DNA from: an uncultured Deinococcaceae bacterium
GTDB taxonomy: Bacteria; Deinococcota; Deinococci; Deinococcales; Deinococcaceae
NCBI GenBank assembly: GCA_964252075.1
Contig: CAXULY010000025.1
Span: forward strand, 1 to 64,000
Length of the DNA stretch: 64,000 nt
Direction of reading: 5' to 3'
The notes beneath the pieces were generated by a model. It saw only the letters and a program-made list of their open reading frames with translations, was not told where the DNA came from and ran no database searches. This document shows positions 11,101 through 20,225 of the stretch, piece by piece; position 1 is the first letter of the stretch, and each line of letters opens with the position of its first letter. The translations under genes were made by a program, and so were the position numbers.

Positions 11101-11275
11101 GGCTCTGCGCGATGTTCAGGTACGTGATCTCGTCCACGTGGATGTCCCACGACGGCCCGACGTTCACCGCCCGCAGCGTGAACACCAGCAGCGCCGCGAG
11201 CAGAGGCGCCAGCCACGGCCACACCCGCCCCCAGCCCGCTGCGAGGTGGGTCTGTGGCGTCCCCTCGCCGCTCAT
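8117..11275 (-). CDS. Fusion of a GT-C (PMT/ArnT-like) membrane glycosyltransferase, an AlgX/AlgJ-like SGNH O-acetyltransferase domain and a C-terminal beta-rich domain
   Basis: N-terminal half: HVDEITY...HPP and about 11 hydrophobic segments. C-terminal half: GRDHWLF, LVPTKARVY, YFRYDHHWTPQGA, LVGSSFS, LLVWEFWEHYL. Confidence 0.8.
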   Translation of the reverse strand: MSGEGTPQTHLAAGWGRVWPWLAPLLAALLVFTLRAVNVGPSWDIHVDEITYLNIAQSLASRGLVWLYGAPFYLHPPAFFYLEAAWLKLLHPPADPITQIYALRTLNAVIAGLSAGLLLLLGRRIGGWGAGVTAALIFALDPFVARINGQTLLETATLFWVLLGWTVLFLTAGLERGARLGGWRVLGAGLVFGVALLTKDLAAFVTLLPLAVSFAARWALARADAARVAALALLCYATYPLSALLRGEWTQFIEQKFSGLQRFAGIVKTTGFKRAGGPSLLEAVLANLSTYGSAYLLAVTGLIALLLLLRLGAPLRRLLAAWVGSAYLLVAFAVLIGTLEEQFFYFLSVAATLATAVALAWVLRPTARRTASLPIAALAGVAFIAWTGAVWVQVHLTPSNGYERLRAYLRDHVALGSLISTTTEESQFLTGGYTTGIWTSSSSLQRSGAQYVILSTQQVQRGYGSASPEFLAWLQQHATLAFSTPSRSYGALNLYRVPRELAAAAGGAVIEGRDHWLFLPTEYNTDPADQQDPRASTAYPVGVIGTIARLLKARGITTELLLVPTKARVYKDRLPDFDLVPPVIEGRYARALTALHVQGVLAPDLAAPLSRAARLGPPLYFRYDHHWTPQGARVAAQAAAQAARARVDLSGLAPLTSRVQSGPAQPAPLRSLLNRLPASQRVAFPPEQLHPYRITASARAGADLPGTEDIGVTLVGSSFSQIPSLQFAPLLSHALSRDVLNVSESALGPWRPMLDYLRSDAFHKTPGKLLVWEFWEHYLWNQGEGVVPIDYLLDAGASILNGCNAANSAVTPTTGPEVGQFAFSVERAAQPIGSYLHLRLKAPDTAFVMVEFLAGEQRVKTRVSFPNDGAPHDLNLPVYAIAGEHVQTLRLSTGQPDAQVQGAQLCSLPSGTTDSTYLRTQHLDLLNAQSPAGMRVSGLGELESTGFRWGLAQASTLEFFSASERQLSLSTVMRSPIANQRVQVLANGKLLHDTGRLGPDERAELQLTVPVHMGLNQIEFRTARQNHRAGTFAPRDPRPISVEFLRLQLDQR

Positions 11276-12393
11276 GCGCGCCCCGCCCGCACGCGCGCGG
11301 CGTGTCGGTCCACGGCGCTGAGGTACACGTCCTCCTGGCGCGCCGCAAGATCATTCCAGTCGTACTGGCGGGCCCAGCGGCGGCCCTGGGCCCGCAGGGC
11401 CGCGTGCCACCCGGGGTCCGTCACGAGCCGGGCGGCCTCCCGCGCGAAGGCCTCCACGGAGAAGGGCTGCACGAGGCGCGCACCGCCGCCGCCCGCCACG
11501 CCCGCGAGTGGTCCCACATCGAAGGTCACGACGGGCGCCCCAGCAGCCTGCGCTTCCACCGCCACCATCCCGAAGGTCTCGAAGCGTGATGGCATGAGCA
11601 CCGCGTGCGCGCCTGCCATCAGGGCGTACTTCGCAGCGCCCTCCACCCGTCCGAGGAACCGCACGTGATCCTCCAGCCCCAGGGCCGCAGTGCGTGCGCG
11701 CATGGTGGCCTCATCCGGACCGTCCCCCGCGATCAGCAGCGGTGGGGTGGCGTCGCCCAGCTGTGCCCTCACGTGCCGCATGGCGTCCAGCAGCAGGTCG
11801 CCGCCCTTGTGGTGGAGGTCAAGGCGGCCCACGAACAGCAGGTGCGTGGGCGGAGCGTCCGCCATGCGGAAGGCCGTGGCCTCCACGCCGTTTGGCACGG
11901 TCGTCACGCGCGCGTCCGGTCGGCGGCGGCGCAACTCGCCCGCCAGCCAGTCCGACACCGCCACGAAGTCCTGGTACAGCGGCAGGCCCACGCGCTCCAC
12001 GAGGTCAAAGGGCAGGTGGTACTTGCGGCGCATCTCGTCCGCGAAGAGCCACTGCACGGACGCCACCAGAGGGCCGCGCGTGAACAGCGGCGACCCGCCC
12101 ACGCTGAAGGGCGCGCCAAAATCCTCGACGAGCAGGTCGTGCGGGAAGCGGCGCGCCGCGGCGCCCAGCAGTGCGAAGTACCCCAGGCGCCCCAGCGCAC
12201 CGCCCCGGCGGGGGTGCAGCGGCACCCAGCGCACGCCGTCCTCCACGCGCGGCCGCGCGCCTGGGTAACCAGCGACGATCGCGGTCACCTCATGGTGACG
12301 AGCAAGGCGGGCGTTGATCTCGCGGGTGCGGACCGAGCCGCCCCCGGCGCCGGGCTGGCGCGGGTCTTCGTACGCGAGGTGGAGGATGCGCAT
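11272..12393 (-). CDS. Glycosyltransferase family 4
   Basis: FVGRL...KG and PSRFETFGMVAVEAQAAG (Ex7E) motifs. Confidence 0.92.
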   Translation of the reverse strand: MRILHLAYEDPRQPGAGGGSVRTREINARLARHHEVTAIVAGYPGARPRVEDGVRWVPLHPRRGGALGRLGYFALLGAAARRFPHDLLVEDFGAPFSVGGSPLFTRGPLVASVQWLFADEMRRKYHLPFDLVERVGLPLYQDFVAVSDWLAGELRRRRPDARVTTVPNGVEATAFRMADAPPTHLLFVGRLDLHHKGGDLLLDAMRHVRAQLGDATPPLLIAGDGPDEATMRARTAALGLEDHVRFLGRVEGAAKYALMAGAHAVLMPSRFETFGMVAVEAQAAGAPVVTFDVGPLAGVAGGGGARLVQPFSVEAFAREAARLVTDPGWHAALRAQGRRWARQYDWNDLAARQEDVYLSAVDRHAARVRAGRA

Positions 12394-12399
12394 GAGGGT

Positions 12400-13839
12400 T
12401 CAGTCCTGAAGCGTGGCGGTCGGGCGCGCCGCCACCGGACCGGGGAGCAGGCGAAGGGCCAGGGCAGCGCCCACGTACGAGAGGGCCGCGAGCGCCGCGG
12501 CGAGCAGCGGGGGCGCGCCTAGACGTATGGTGCCCAGGAACGCGACCGCGCCCGCCGCAAGCACGCCCGCGTACCGAAGGGCCCACGCACCCACCCGCGC
12601 CCGAGCGGGCGCCGGTGCAGCCCGCAGGAACGCGGCGCTCAGCGCACCGGCCGCCACAAGTGTCGCCCCGGTAAACACCCACGCGGCGCCCACCGCGCCG
12701 AAGCGCGGAACGACCAGCCAGAACGCGGGGGCGGTCAGCGCAACGAGCCCCAGGAAGAGAACCGCCACCCGCCGCGCCGCGCCGGTCGCCTGGAAAGCCG
12801 CCGCCAGCACCGTCGCCACGATGAAGACCGCCGAGCCCAGCGCGCGGACGCCCAGCGCACCCGCGCCCGCCGCGTACTCCGCAGGGAACAGCAAACGCAA
12901 CGCCGGGCCGGGCACCAGGGCCAGCAGCAGTTCCAGCGGCAGCACCAGCAGGGCGGTCGTCGCCAGCGCTCGCCCCAGCACACCCAAGGTGCCCCCGAGG
13001 GACGTGCAGCGCGCCAGCGCCGGAAACACCATGGGTACGATCACCGCGGATGTCAGGTAGTACGGTGCGCTGGCCAGCACCAGCCCCGCCTGGTAACTGC
13101 CGGGCGCGCTGCGGCTCGCGCCGAGCAGCTTGAGGGCCATCAGGTCCACGTTCAGCAACAGCGCCGACCCGAGCAGCCCACCAAACATCGGGCCGACCAC
13201 GCCCAGTCGCAAGGGTGTGACGGCGCCCCTCAGCTCCACGCCGAGCCGCGCGCACCCCCACAGGCCTAGCACCGCCGCCAGGAGCGCGCCGACCACGAAG
13301 CCACCCACCGCGCCTATCACGCCGAGCCCCGCCACGACCAGCGCCGTGCCGGCCAGCGCCTTGATCACCACCTCACCCGCCTGCACGGCGGCCAGCATGC
13401 CGAAGCGCTCGTGGCCCTGCGCCGCGCCTCTCGCCACGCCCACCAGCGCGATGAACGGAAAGGCGCCCGCCACCAGCGCCGCAATGCGCCACGACTCCAG
13501 GCCGCCGCGCAGTGGTCCCAGCGCGAACAGTCCCAGCACCAGCAGCGACATCCCCGCCGCCAGCGTCAAGTTTCCGCGCAGCGCGCCGCGCACCAGTTGG
13601 GGACGTCCAGTGGCAGGGGTGGTGGCGAGGTCGCGCGTGAGGGCCCAGGGTACGCCGGATTCCAGCACGAGCCCACCCACCAGCAGCAGCGTCTGTGCGA
13701 AGGCCAGCAGCCCGAAGTCACCGGGCAGCAGCAGGTGCCCCATCACGAGGCTGAACGCGTAATTCGCGACACTGGTGCCCGCGAACGCGGCCAGCAGCGC
13801 GAGCCTCGCCCCAGAACCCTGCGCTGCCTCAGCGCTCAT
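12400..13839 (-). CDS. Wzx-like oligosaccharide flippase
   Basis: About 12-14 hydrophobic segments, LLPGDFG near the N-terminus, located between glycosyltransferase genes. Confidence 0.8.
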   Translation of the reverse strand: MSAEAAQGSGARLALLAAFAGTSVANYAFSLVMGHLLLPGDFGLLAFAQTLLLVGGLVLESGVPWALTRDLATTPATGRPQLVRGALRGNLTLAAGMSLLVLGLFALGPLRGGLESWRIAALVAGAFPFIALVGVARGAAQGHERFGMLAAVQAGEVVIKALAGTALVVAGLGVIGAVGGFVVGALLAAVLGLWGCARLGVELRGAVTPLRLGVVGPMFGGLLGSALLLNVDLMALKLLGASRSAPGSYQAGLVLASAPYYLTSAVIVPMVFPALARCTSLGGTLGVLGRALATTALLVLPLELLLALVPGPALRLLFPAEYAAGAGALGVRALGSAVFIVATVLAAAFQATGAARRVAVLFLGLVALTAPAFWLVVPRFGAVGAAWVFTGATLVAAGALSAAFLRAAPAPARARVGAWALRYAGVLAAGAVAFLGTIRLGAPPLLAAALAALSYVGAALALRLLPGPVAARPTATLQD

Positions 13840-14962
13840 GCAGCTGCGCCTGCAGGGCGTGCGGCCCCGCGCCCTGCAGCACCTCCAGGGTCTGCCGGGC
13901 TGCCGTGTTCCAGCTGAAACCCTCTGCCCAGCGGCGGGCTGCCGCGCCGTACGCCGAGCGCGCCACCGGGTCCGTCAGGAAGAACTCCAGCGCGCGCGCG
14001 AAGGCGTCCTGGTCCCCATCCGGAATGAGCAGGCCCGTCTCGCCATGACGGATGGCGGCGCTCAGGCCCGGCACGTCGAAGGCCACCGCCGGGCACCCCC
14101 AGGCGTTCGCCTCCACCACAGAGATGCCCCACCCCTCATGCATGGACGGGTTCGCGAAGACGGTTGCGGTACGCAGCAGGCGATCCTTCGTCGCATCATC
14201 CACGAAACCGTGAATGGTCACGTGGTTCTGTAAGCCCAGCTCACGCACCAGTGCCTCCAGGCCAGGCCGGGCATCACCGTCCCCCGCGATGTCCAGATGC
14301 ACATCTGCCAGGTGCGCGCGCAGCGTCGCAACCGCCCGTACCAGCAGATCCACACGCTTGTACCGCTTCAGTCGCCCCAGGTACAGCAGCCGCTGTACCC
14401 TCGGCGGGGCGAGCCTCGCGCGCTCCGGCAGCTCCACACCATTGAACACCACGTGAATCTGCTCGGCGCGGTACCCCAGTCGCAACAGGCCGTCCCTGGT
14501 GGTGGGGGAGACCGTCACCACAGGGCGGCGGTGGTACACAGCGGGCACCACCCGCCTCTCCAGAAAACGACCGACGACTGCCAGGGGTGCTGGGAACTCA
14601 CTGAACCACTGCCGATCATGCACGTGATGCACAAGCAGGGTCACTGGCGTCGCCGTGAACAGCGGCGCGAAAAAGGGAATGCCGTTCGACACGTCCAGAA
14701 TACGGTCATACTCCCGCCCGTGGCTCAGGAGGAACAGCGCCGTCCTCAGGTACACCCCGAAACGCCCGCCGCGGCGCCGCACCAGCGCGCCCGCCATCAC
14801 CTCATCCTGCATGGGCGCCACGGCACGACCGGGATCGGAGCATAGGACTGTCACGTCGTGCCCCTGCGCATTCCAGCGTTGCGTTTGCTCGAACAGGTTG
14901 ATCTCCCCGCCACCCGCCTGCGGGTGACGCAGGCAACGCCAGTTGAGGGCCAGGATGCGCAT
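13829..14962 (-). CDS. Glycosyltransferase family 4
   Basis: MRILALNWRCLRHPQAGGGE start (ATG 14962), YLGRLKRYKRVD, PSMHEGWGISVVEANAWG. Confidence 0.92.
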   Translation of the reverse strand: MRILALNWRCLRHPQAGGGEINLFEQTQRWNAQGHDVTVLCSDPGRAVAPMQDEVMAGALVRRRGGRFGVYLRTALFLLSHGREYDRILDVSNGIPFFAPLFTATPVTLLVHHVHDRQWFSEFPAPLAVVGRFLERRVVPAVYHRRPVVTVSPTTRDGLLRLGYRAEQIHVVFNGVELPERARLAPPRVQRLLYLGRLKRYKRVDLLVRAVATLRAHLADVHLDIAGDGDARPGLEALVRELGLQNHVTIHGFVDDATKDRLLRTATVFANPSMHEGWGISVVEANAWGCPAVAFDVPGLSAAIRHGETGLLIPDGDQDAFARALEFFLTDPVARSAYGAAARRWAEGFSWNTAARQTLEVLQGAGPHALQAQLHER

Positions 14963-14967
14963 GGGCT

Positions 14968-15756
14968 TCAGGGCTCCGCCCGGCTGGGCTGAGCGGGCGG
15001 GCTGGATGGAGGACGGGCATCCACCGTTCTCTGGCGCCGCTTGAGCCGCCACAAGGCGCGCAGCACCTGCCCTGCGGTGGGCAGCAGGCGCAGCTGGGAG
15101 CCATCCTGATCCGCCCACACGACCGGCTGCTCATGTACGGTCAGGCCCAGCTGCCGCGCCTGCAGCAGCAGGTCCACGTCAAAGGTCCAGCGCGCTTCCT
15201 GCACGCGCTGGCTGAGGGCGAGCGCTGCTGGGCGACGAAACGCCTTCGCGCCGCACTGCGTATCCCGGAATGGCAGGCCGAACAGCGCGCGCACCAACCA
15301 CGCAAACGCGCCACCGAACAGGCGACGCAGCGGGGGCTGGGCGCGTACAATCACGCTGTCCGGCAGGCGGCGCGACCCAATTGTTACGTCGTGATCGCGC
15401 AGGCCGTCCAGCAGCGCGAACAGCGAAACGGACTCGGTGGCGGCATCCGCGTCGGCGAACAGCACCTCGCGCGCGCGCGCCGCTCGAAATCCCTCCAGCA
15501 CCGCCCCTCCCTTTCCGATCGGCTTCAGAATATTTAACACCCTCACCTGTGTCCAGCGCTTGGCCCATTCATGGGCGACAACCGCTGTGGCATCATCACA
15601 GCCGTTACAAACGACAATGATCTCGAAGGATGAGTGATAACGTTCTAAAAAATCGTTTAAATACTGATTGAGCGTGTGTCCGAGCCGGTGCTCCTCATTG
15701 TGTGCAGGAAGGACAAGAGAAATATGGGGTAAAGTTGTATTGCTGGGCTGGTGCAC
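14968..15756 (-). CDS. Glycosyltransferase family 2 (polyprenol-phosphate glycosyltransferase-like)
   Basis: SLVLPAHNEE, GKGGAV, FADAD (DxD), IGSR, DTQCGAKAF, FDVDLL. Confidence 0.9.
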   Translation of the reverse strand: MHQPSNTTLPHISLVLPAHNEEHRLGHTLNQYLNDFLERYHSSFEIIVVCNGCDDATAVVAHEWAKRWTQVRVLNILKPIGKGGAVLEGFRAARAREVLFADADAATESVSLFALLDGLRDHDVTIGSRRLPDSVIVRAQPPLRRLFGGAFAWLVRALFGLPFRDTQCGAKAFRRPAALALSQRVQEARWTFDVDLLLQARQLGLTVHEQPVVWADQDGSQLRLLPTAGQVLRALWRLKRRQRTVDARPPSSPPAQPSRAEP

Positions 15757-17051
15757 CTATCTCACGTCCATCCTTTTTAGTAGTAGGTAGGAAGTACCCA
15801 TACAAACGCGAAAGCTGGGCCATAACAAGTACGAACAAAGTGTTTAAATTTCATTCTGTTGTTGTACATAGAGAAGCCGCTCAGTGAGGCTATCATTGGG
15901 TGCGAAACTGAGCTATAGTGAGAATCCTCATTTATAGTCAGGCGTTGAGATTTAACAGCGCATTAAGTTAAATGTGAAGGAGATGTGCTGATTGCCCTTT
16001 CACGCTGACCGTACAGACTTTGTGTAAAAAACACATTATGTAGAGATGATAAAGACGGCTATAAAAAGATTATGGAGAAGCAACGCCCATACAAATGTGC
16101 AGCGTTACAAGTTGGCTGCGCTGCTTTTATGGAGCGTCTCTTAGATAATATTTAGTTAAGCACCTTACACGTCAAAACTGCTCACATAGAGCTGTTGTGG
16201 CGCTTACGGGTAAGAGCAAAACCCTGCTTAACGCTCGCAAGCCCCTTACATCACCTGTGAGCGTTGAACCTTACATCGCCAAGGAATAAGGAATGCTTTT
16301 GGCCAAGACCCCTATTTTGTGGTACGCGTGATTACCATACATTAAAGGCGCAATTGCAGCGCGCGCATTGTGTGATATTCGTTTGTGCAATAGCGTACCT
16401 GTAGCCATGCTACCCGTATGTTTCAACGCAAAATATAGCGTCTACAAGGCACAATGTGTGGACCTGATGATGTATGTTATATTCATATTAAAGGTGTGAG
16501 TCACGCTCGCAGCGGTTGTGGAGCAAAGGCCGCTAATCCTGTGAACAAAAAACCACCAAGCGCTATTCAAAAAGCGTGTGACAGTTTTTTGTATCGCGCA
16601 AGCGGTGCAAGCTCTTCGCCTTTCGCTCTTATCGCCTCCGCACGTTGCGAAACCGCCATGGCTTTATGCAGCCACGCATATCAGACCTTAGACGTTGTCT
16701 GCCCAACGGACCCCAATCCACGCCAAAGCTTAAACGAACTGCGGTACCGTCACGTGCTCCACCGACGTGGATAAGGGAGCACTGCTTGGCGGTAATCCCA
16801 TTGTTGTCGCGCTGTCCGGAATCAGTAGCGGTGTCGATAAACGTTGGAAGCTCCTAAGTCCATTGGGGGACGTGGGCAAAGATGAGGTGCTTAGGACCTC
16901 CAACGAGCGGAGCAGGATATCCAACTCAAAGGAGTCGTCCTTGAGCGACCAACATTTCACGACAACTCACTGAGACCGATACCAGCGCACTGCTGAAAGG
17001 AAGCCTGCAAAGGGTCAAGGCCGCAGGTATTCTTGACTCAAAGGGGGACGC

Positions 17052-18014
17052 ATGGCGGTATCAGGTTCCAGGACACTCGTGGTGGACGGCGAGGCGGCAC
17101 TGCCCGTGCTGCGCGCACTTGATTCGGAGGTGCGGCTGCTGATGCTCAGTTTGCTGTCGCACAACGTCATGAACGTATCTATGCTGCGCGAGGCGCTGGG
17201 TCTCCCACACTCGACCGTGGTGTTCAACCTCAAGCAGCTCGAGGAGGCGGGCCTGCTGCACGTGCAGTACCAGCCGGGCACGCGTGGCAAGCAGAAACTC
17301 GTCGCGAAGCGCTACGACGAGATCACCGTGAAGTTGCCGGGCGCCGCCGTCGCGGCCGCGACGGACACCGTGGAGGTCTCCATGCCCATCGGGAACTACC
17401 ACCGGGTGGAGGTGCACCCCACGTGCGGCCTGGCGTCAGACACGAAATTCATCGGGATGCTCGATGACCCGCGCAGCTTCTACGAGCCGGAGCACGTCTT
17501 TGCGCAGCTGCTGTGGTTCCGGCAGGGCTACGTGGAGTACGAATTTCCGAACAACCTGCCGTACGGCGCGGTCGCGGATGAACTGACCCTCAGCGCGGAG
17601 GTGTGCTCCGAAGCGCCGCAGTACGACCTGAACTGGCCGTCCGACATCACCCTGTGGATCAACGGCGTGGAGGTCGGCACGTGGACTTCACCCGCCGACT
17701 TTGGAGGCACGCGCGGCAAACTCACGCCCGCGTGGTGGCCCGACGATCAGAGCATGTACGGCCTGCTGAAGGTCTGGCGCGTCACGGCGGACGGCAGCTT
17801 CATTGACGGTGAGCGGCTCTCCGCCGTGACGCTCGACGACCTGCGCCTGAATGACCTGAACCACATCGTGGTGCGTCTTGGCGTCAAGGCGGACGCCCGG
17901 CACGTGGGCGGCCTGAACCTCTTCGGGCGGCACAGCGGCAACTATGCGCAGGACCTCGTGCTGCGCGCCCGGCATCACTTCACGGAGAGCAGCACCCCGT
18001 ACCACGTGAAGTGA
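17052..18014 (+). CDS. ArsR-like HTH transcriptional regulator with large C-terminal domain (COG4189-like)
   Basis: N-terminal [14 protein letters not shown]...[22 protein letters not shown]-terminal [33 protein letters not shown]. Confidence 0.8.
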   Translation: MAVSGSRTLVVDGEAALPVLRALDSEVRLLMLSLLSHNVMNVSMLREALGLPHSTVVFNLKQLEEAGLLHVQYQPGTRGKQKLVAKRYDEITVKLPGAAVAAATDTVEVSMPIGNYHRVEVHPTCGLASDTKFIGMLDDPRSFYEPEHVFAQLLWFRQGYVEYEFPNNLPYGAVADELTLSAEVCSEAPQYDLNWPSDITLWINGVEVGTWTSPADFGGTRGKLTPAWWPDDQSMYGLLKVWRVTADGSFIDGERLSAVTLDDLRLNDLNHIVVRLGVKADARHVGGLNLFGRHSGNYAQDLVLRARHHFTESSTPYHVK

Positions 18015-18026
18015 CGCCCCGCAAGC

Positions 18027-18341
18027 TCACCACAGGTCGTCGTCCTCCACGCGGCGGCCATCGCGGCGCTCGCGGCGCTTCTGCGCGCGCTTCCCGCCCT
18101 TGCTCTGCGGGCGCGGCGGGAGGCTCAGCACGTACCGCCGCTGCGGGTCGCACGGCGCGGGCACCTCACCGAGGCGCTCGCTCGGGTCGTCGCGGCTGGT
18201 GCCCGCCGGGTGGAAGTGCTGCGCTCCGCACCACGGGCAGCTGCCCACCACCCAGAACGCCACGCGTGTGCCCGGCATCTCACGCAGGGTCACGAACGCC
18301 TGCTCGACCCCACCCCGCCCCTTCTTGCCCTTCATGCCCAC
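18027..18341 (-). CDS. Hypothetical protein with possible metal-binding CPWC...HFH...C motif
   Basis: ORF fills the gap between the regulator and the tRNA, with host-like codon use. Confidence 0.6.
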   Translation of the reverse strand: MGMKGKKGRGGVEQAFVTLREMPGTRVAFWVVGSCPWCGAQHFHPAGTSRDDPSERLGEVPAPCDPQRRYVLSLPPRPQSKGGKRAQKRRERRDGRRVEDDDLW

Positions 18342-18447
18342 ATGCTTTCACAGGGCCGCGCGCTCAACTGTCAGCGACGGTCGCAACGGCCCGCGCCGTG
18401 AGTTCTTGATTTCGCTTCGCTCAACCGCTAGCCTATGGGCCGCTCCT

Positions 18448-18537
18448 GGAGAGGTGCCCGAGTGGTTGAAGGGGTACGCCTGGAAAGCGTATGTAGGGGA
18501 AACCTTACCGAGGGTTCGAATCCCTCTCTCTCCGCCA
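18448..18537 (+). tRNA. tRNA-Ser(GGA)
   Basis: Acceptor stem GGAGAGG/TCTCTCC, anticodon arm TACGC-CT-GGA-AA-GCGTA, long variable arm, GGTTCGAATCC T-arm, encoded CCA end. Confidence 0.97.
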
Positions 18538-18618
18538 GCCGCGAGGCGCGCCCTGATGGGCGCGCCTCGTTCACATCGGGCTCATCGGTGCGCCAGACGG
18601 ATGCGCCTATGCTGGGTC

Positions 18619-19200
18619 ATGCTGCCACTGCTGAAACAGGTGCTCGACAACTTCAACTTCGACGTGGACCCGGACAAGACGCGCGAGGAGAACGCCGACG
18701 ACGTCATCAAGTCCGCGGCGCTGCTCTCCGGCGCCATCGCGGTGGAACCGCTGCCCTTCGCGGACATGCTGCTCATCACGCCCGTCCAGCTGAAGATGGT
18801 GCTGCACATCGGCAAGATCTACGGCTTCGACGTCACGCCGCAGCGCGCCCGTGAGATCGTGACGGAACTCGGCGCGGCCCTCGCGTATGGGTTCGCGGCG
18901 CGCCAGGTGATGCGCGGCGTCGCGAAGATCATCGCCCCGGTGATTGGCGGGATCGTGACGGCGCCCCTCGTGTACGGCTGGACGTTCGGGCTGGGGCGCC
19001 TCGCGGAGACGTACTTCCAGCGCAAGATTCAAGACCTGCCGTTCGAGCGGGTGGACCGCGCGAAGGTCGTGCAGGAGGCGCAGCGCACCACGCGGCGCAT
19101 CCTGCCGAGCGCGGACGACTTCAGTCAGCTGGCGCGTGAGCTGCGCAGGCGCGCGCAGGACAAGGAGAAGTCCGCGAACGAATCGCGCGACCTGAACTGA
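18619..19200 (+). CDS. DUF697/YcjF-like protein
   Basis: [29 protein letters not shown] pattern. Start at ATG 18619 (TATGCT 5 nt upstream). Confidence 0.75.
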   Translation: MLPLLKQVLDNFNFDVDPDKTREENADDVIKSAALLSGAIAVEPLPFADMLLITPVQLKMVLHIGKIYGFDVTPQRAREIVTELGAALAYGFAARQVMRGVAKIIAPVIGGIVTAPLVYGWTFGLGRLAETYFQRKIQDLPFERVDRAKVVQEAQRTTRRILPSADDFSQLARELRRRAQDKEKSANESRDLN

Positions 19201-19207
19201 CGGCAAG

Positions 19208-19246
19208 AAAGGGGCGGCGGCGGCCAAAACCTCCGCCGCCCCTTTT
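19208..19246. terminator. Bidirectional intrinsic terminator
   Basis: aaaggggcggcgg...ccgccgcccctttt between convergent genes. Confidence 0.75.
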
Positions 19247-19264
19247 GTTGTGTGCGCGGTGCAT

Positions 19265-19642
19265 TCAGGGCACGCGCAGCCACACGCGACCCTCGCTGGG
19301 GCGCACCTCGAAGGTGGGCAGGGCGACGCCTTCGTGCTCCAGGCTGCGGCCGCTCGCGAGGTCGAAGGTGTGCTTCAGCAGGGGGGACACGACGCGCACC
19401 ACGTCGTGACTGCGTCCCACGATGCCACGCGACATGATGAACGCCCGCGCGTACGGGTCGTAGTTGCTGATGGCGTACATGCGGTCCTCCAGGCCCGCGC
19501 TGCTCAGGCGGAACACCGCGATCTGCCGCCCGGCGACCGTCACGCAGACGCCGCTGTTCGGGGCGATATCATCCACGTCGCACACAGCGGTCCAGGCGCC
19601 ATCAGGGAAGTGGGAGGTGCTGGTGTTACTGGTCAGGGTCAT
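19265..19642 (-). CDS. nirD: Nitrite reductase small subunit NirD (Rieske-like)
   Basis: WTAVC...QIAVFR...YAISNYDP...MSRGIVG...VVSPLLKHTFDLASG. RBS AGGAAAGGA before ATG 19642. Confidence 0.85.
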   Translation of the reverse strand: MTLTSNTSTSHFPDGAWTAVCDVDDIAPNSGVCVTVAGRQIAVFRLSSAGLEDRMYAISNYDPYARAFIMSRGIVGRSHDVVRVVSPLLKHTFDLASGRSLEHEGVALPTFEVRPSEGRVWLRVP

Positions 19643-20009
19643 GGTGTCCTTTCTTGGGAGGGCCGGCGCGTCTATACCAAGGCTTAGGGCCGCTCTGGGA
19701 CCTCTATAGACCTCAGTTTCGGCCAAAATCTGCGTCTTGTCAAAGATTTTTTTGACAGGACGCAGACTGGACGGACGAACGAGAAGAAAAATTCACTGTT
19801 TTAGAACCTGTGTGAACGAATTCCGATACAACGCTGAATCACGCCGACTTCAGAAAGTGAAGCCCAGGACCAGGTGCGCGAGTGAATGCGCGACGCCCAC
19901 TCACTCATCTGAGCCCATACCTCACCTCAAGCCAGCGGGGCGCTTAGCGCGCCAGGGGTGGCCCCCCGCCACCCGGCTGATGCGCCGCATTGCGCTATGC
20001 TGAATGTGC

Positions 20010-20225
20010 GTTGATCCGCAGGAGTACCGGCGCGGGTTGCCCCTGAGCGAGTCTGGGACGGTGAGAGCCAGACGGGTGGATGTCCGGGAAGGCAGCGGGG
20101 AGCAGCAGATGGGCAAGAGGTGCCCCACACGCCGGAGACACCGGCCGAGGGGAACTGGGGTGGAACCGCGTAGAAGCTGTTTTCTGCGTCCCCAGGCGAG
20201 CGCATCGCCTGGGGACTGTCGTTTC
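20010..20225 (+). promoter_or_regulatory. T-box riboswitch with Gly (GGC) specifier
   Basis: GAA-GGC specifier at 20088-20093; T-box AACTGGGGTGGAACCGCG at 20153-20170; partner GCGTCCCCAG; competing hairpin at 20188-20216; upstream of GlyRS. Confidence 0.9.

Noticed and set aside
16454..16973. Short ORFs in the AT-rich region
   Set aside because: No convincing RBS, codon bias or recognisable motif, and they overlap on both strands.
18448..18537. tRNA-Ser as integration site for the glycan island
   Set aside because: The accessory block lies on the 5' side of the tRNA, and no duplicated tRNA 3' end or integrase was found.
19670..19711. GTCTATA...TATAGAC inverted repeat in the nirD leader as an ANTAR/NasT-type RNA element
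   Set aside because: Short arms, a long loop, and no twin-hairpin motif or terminator to support it.
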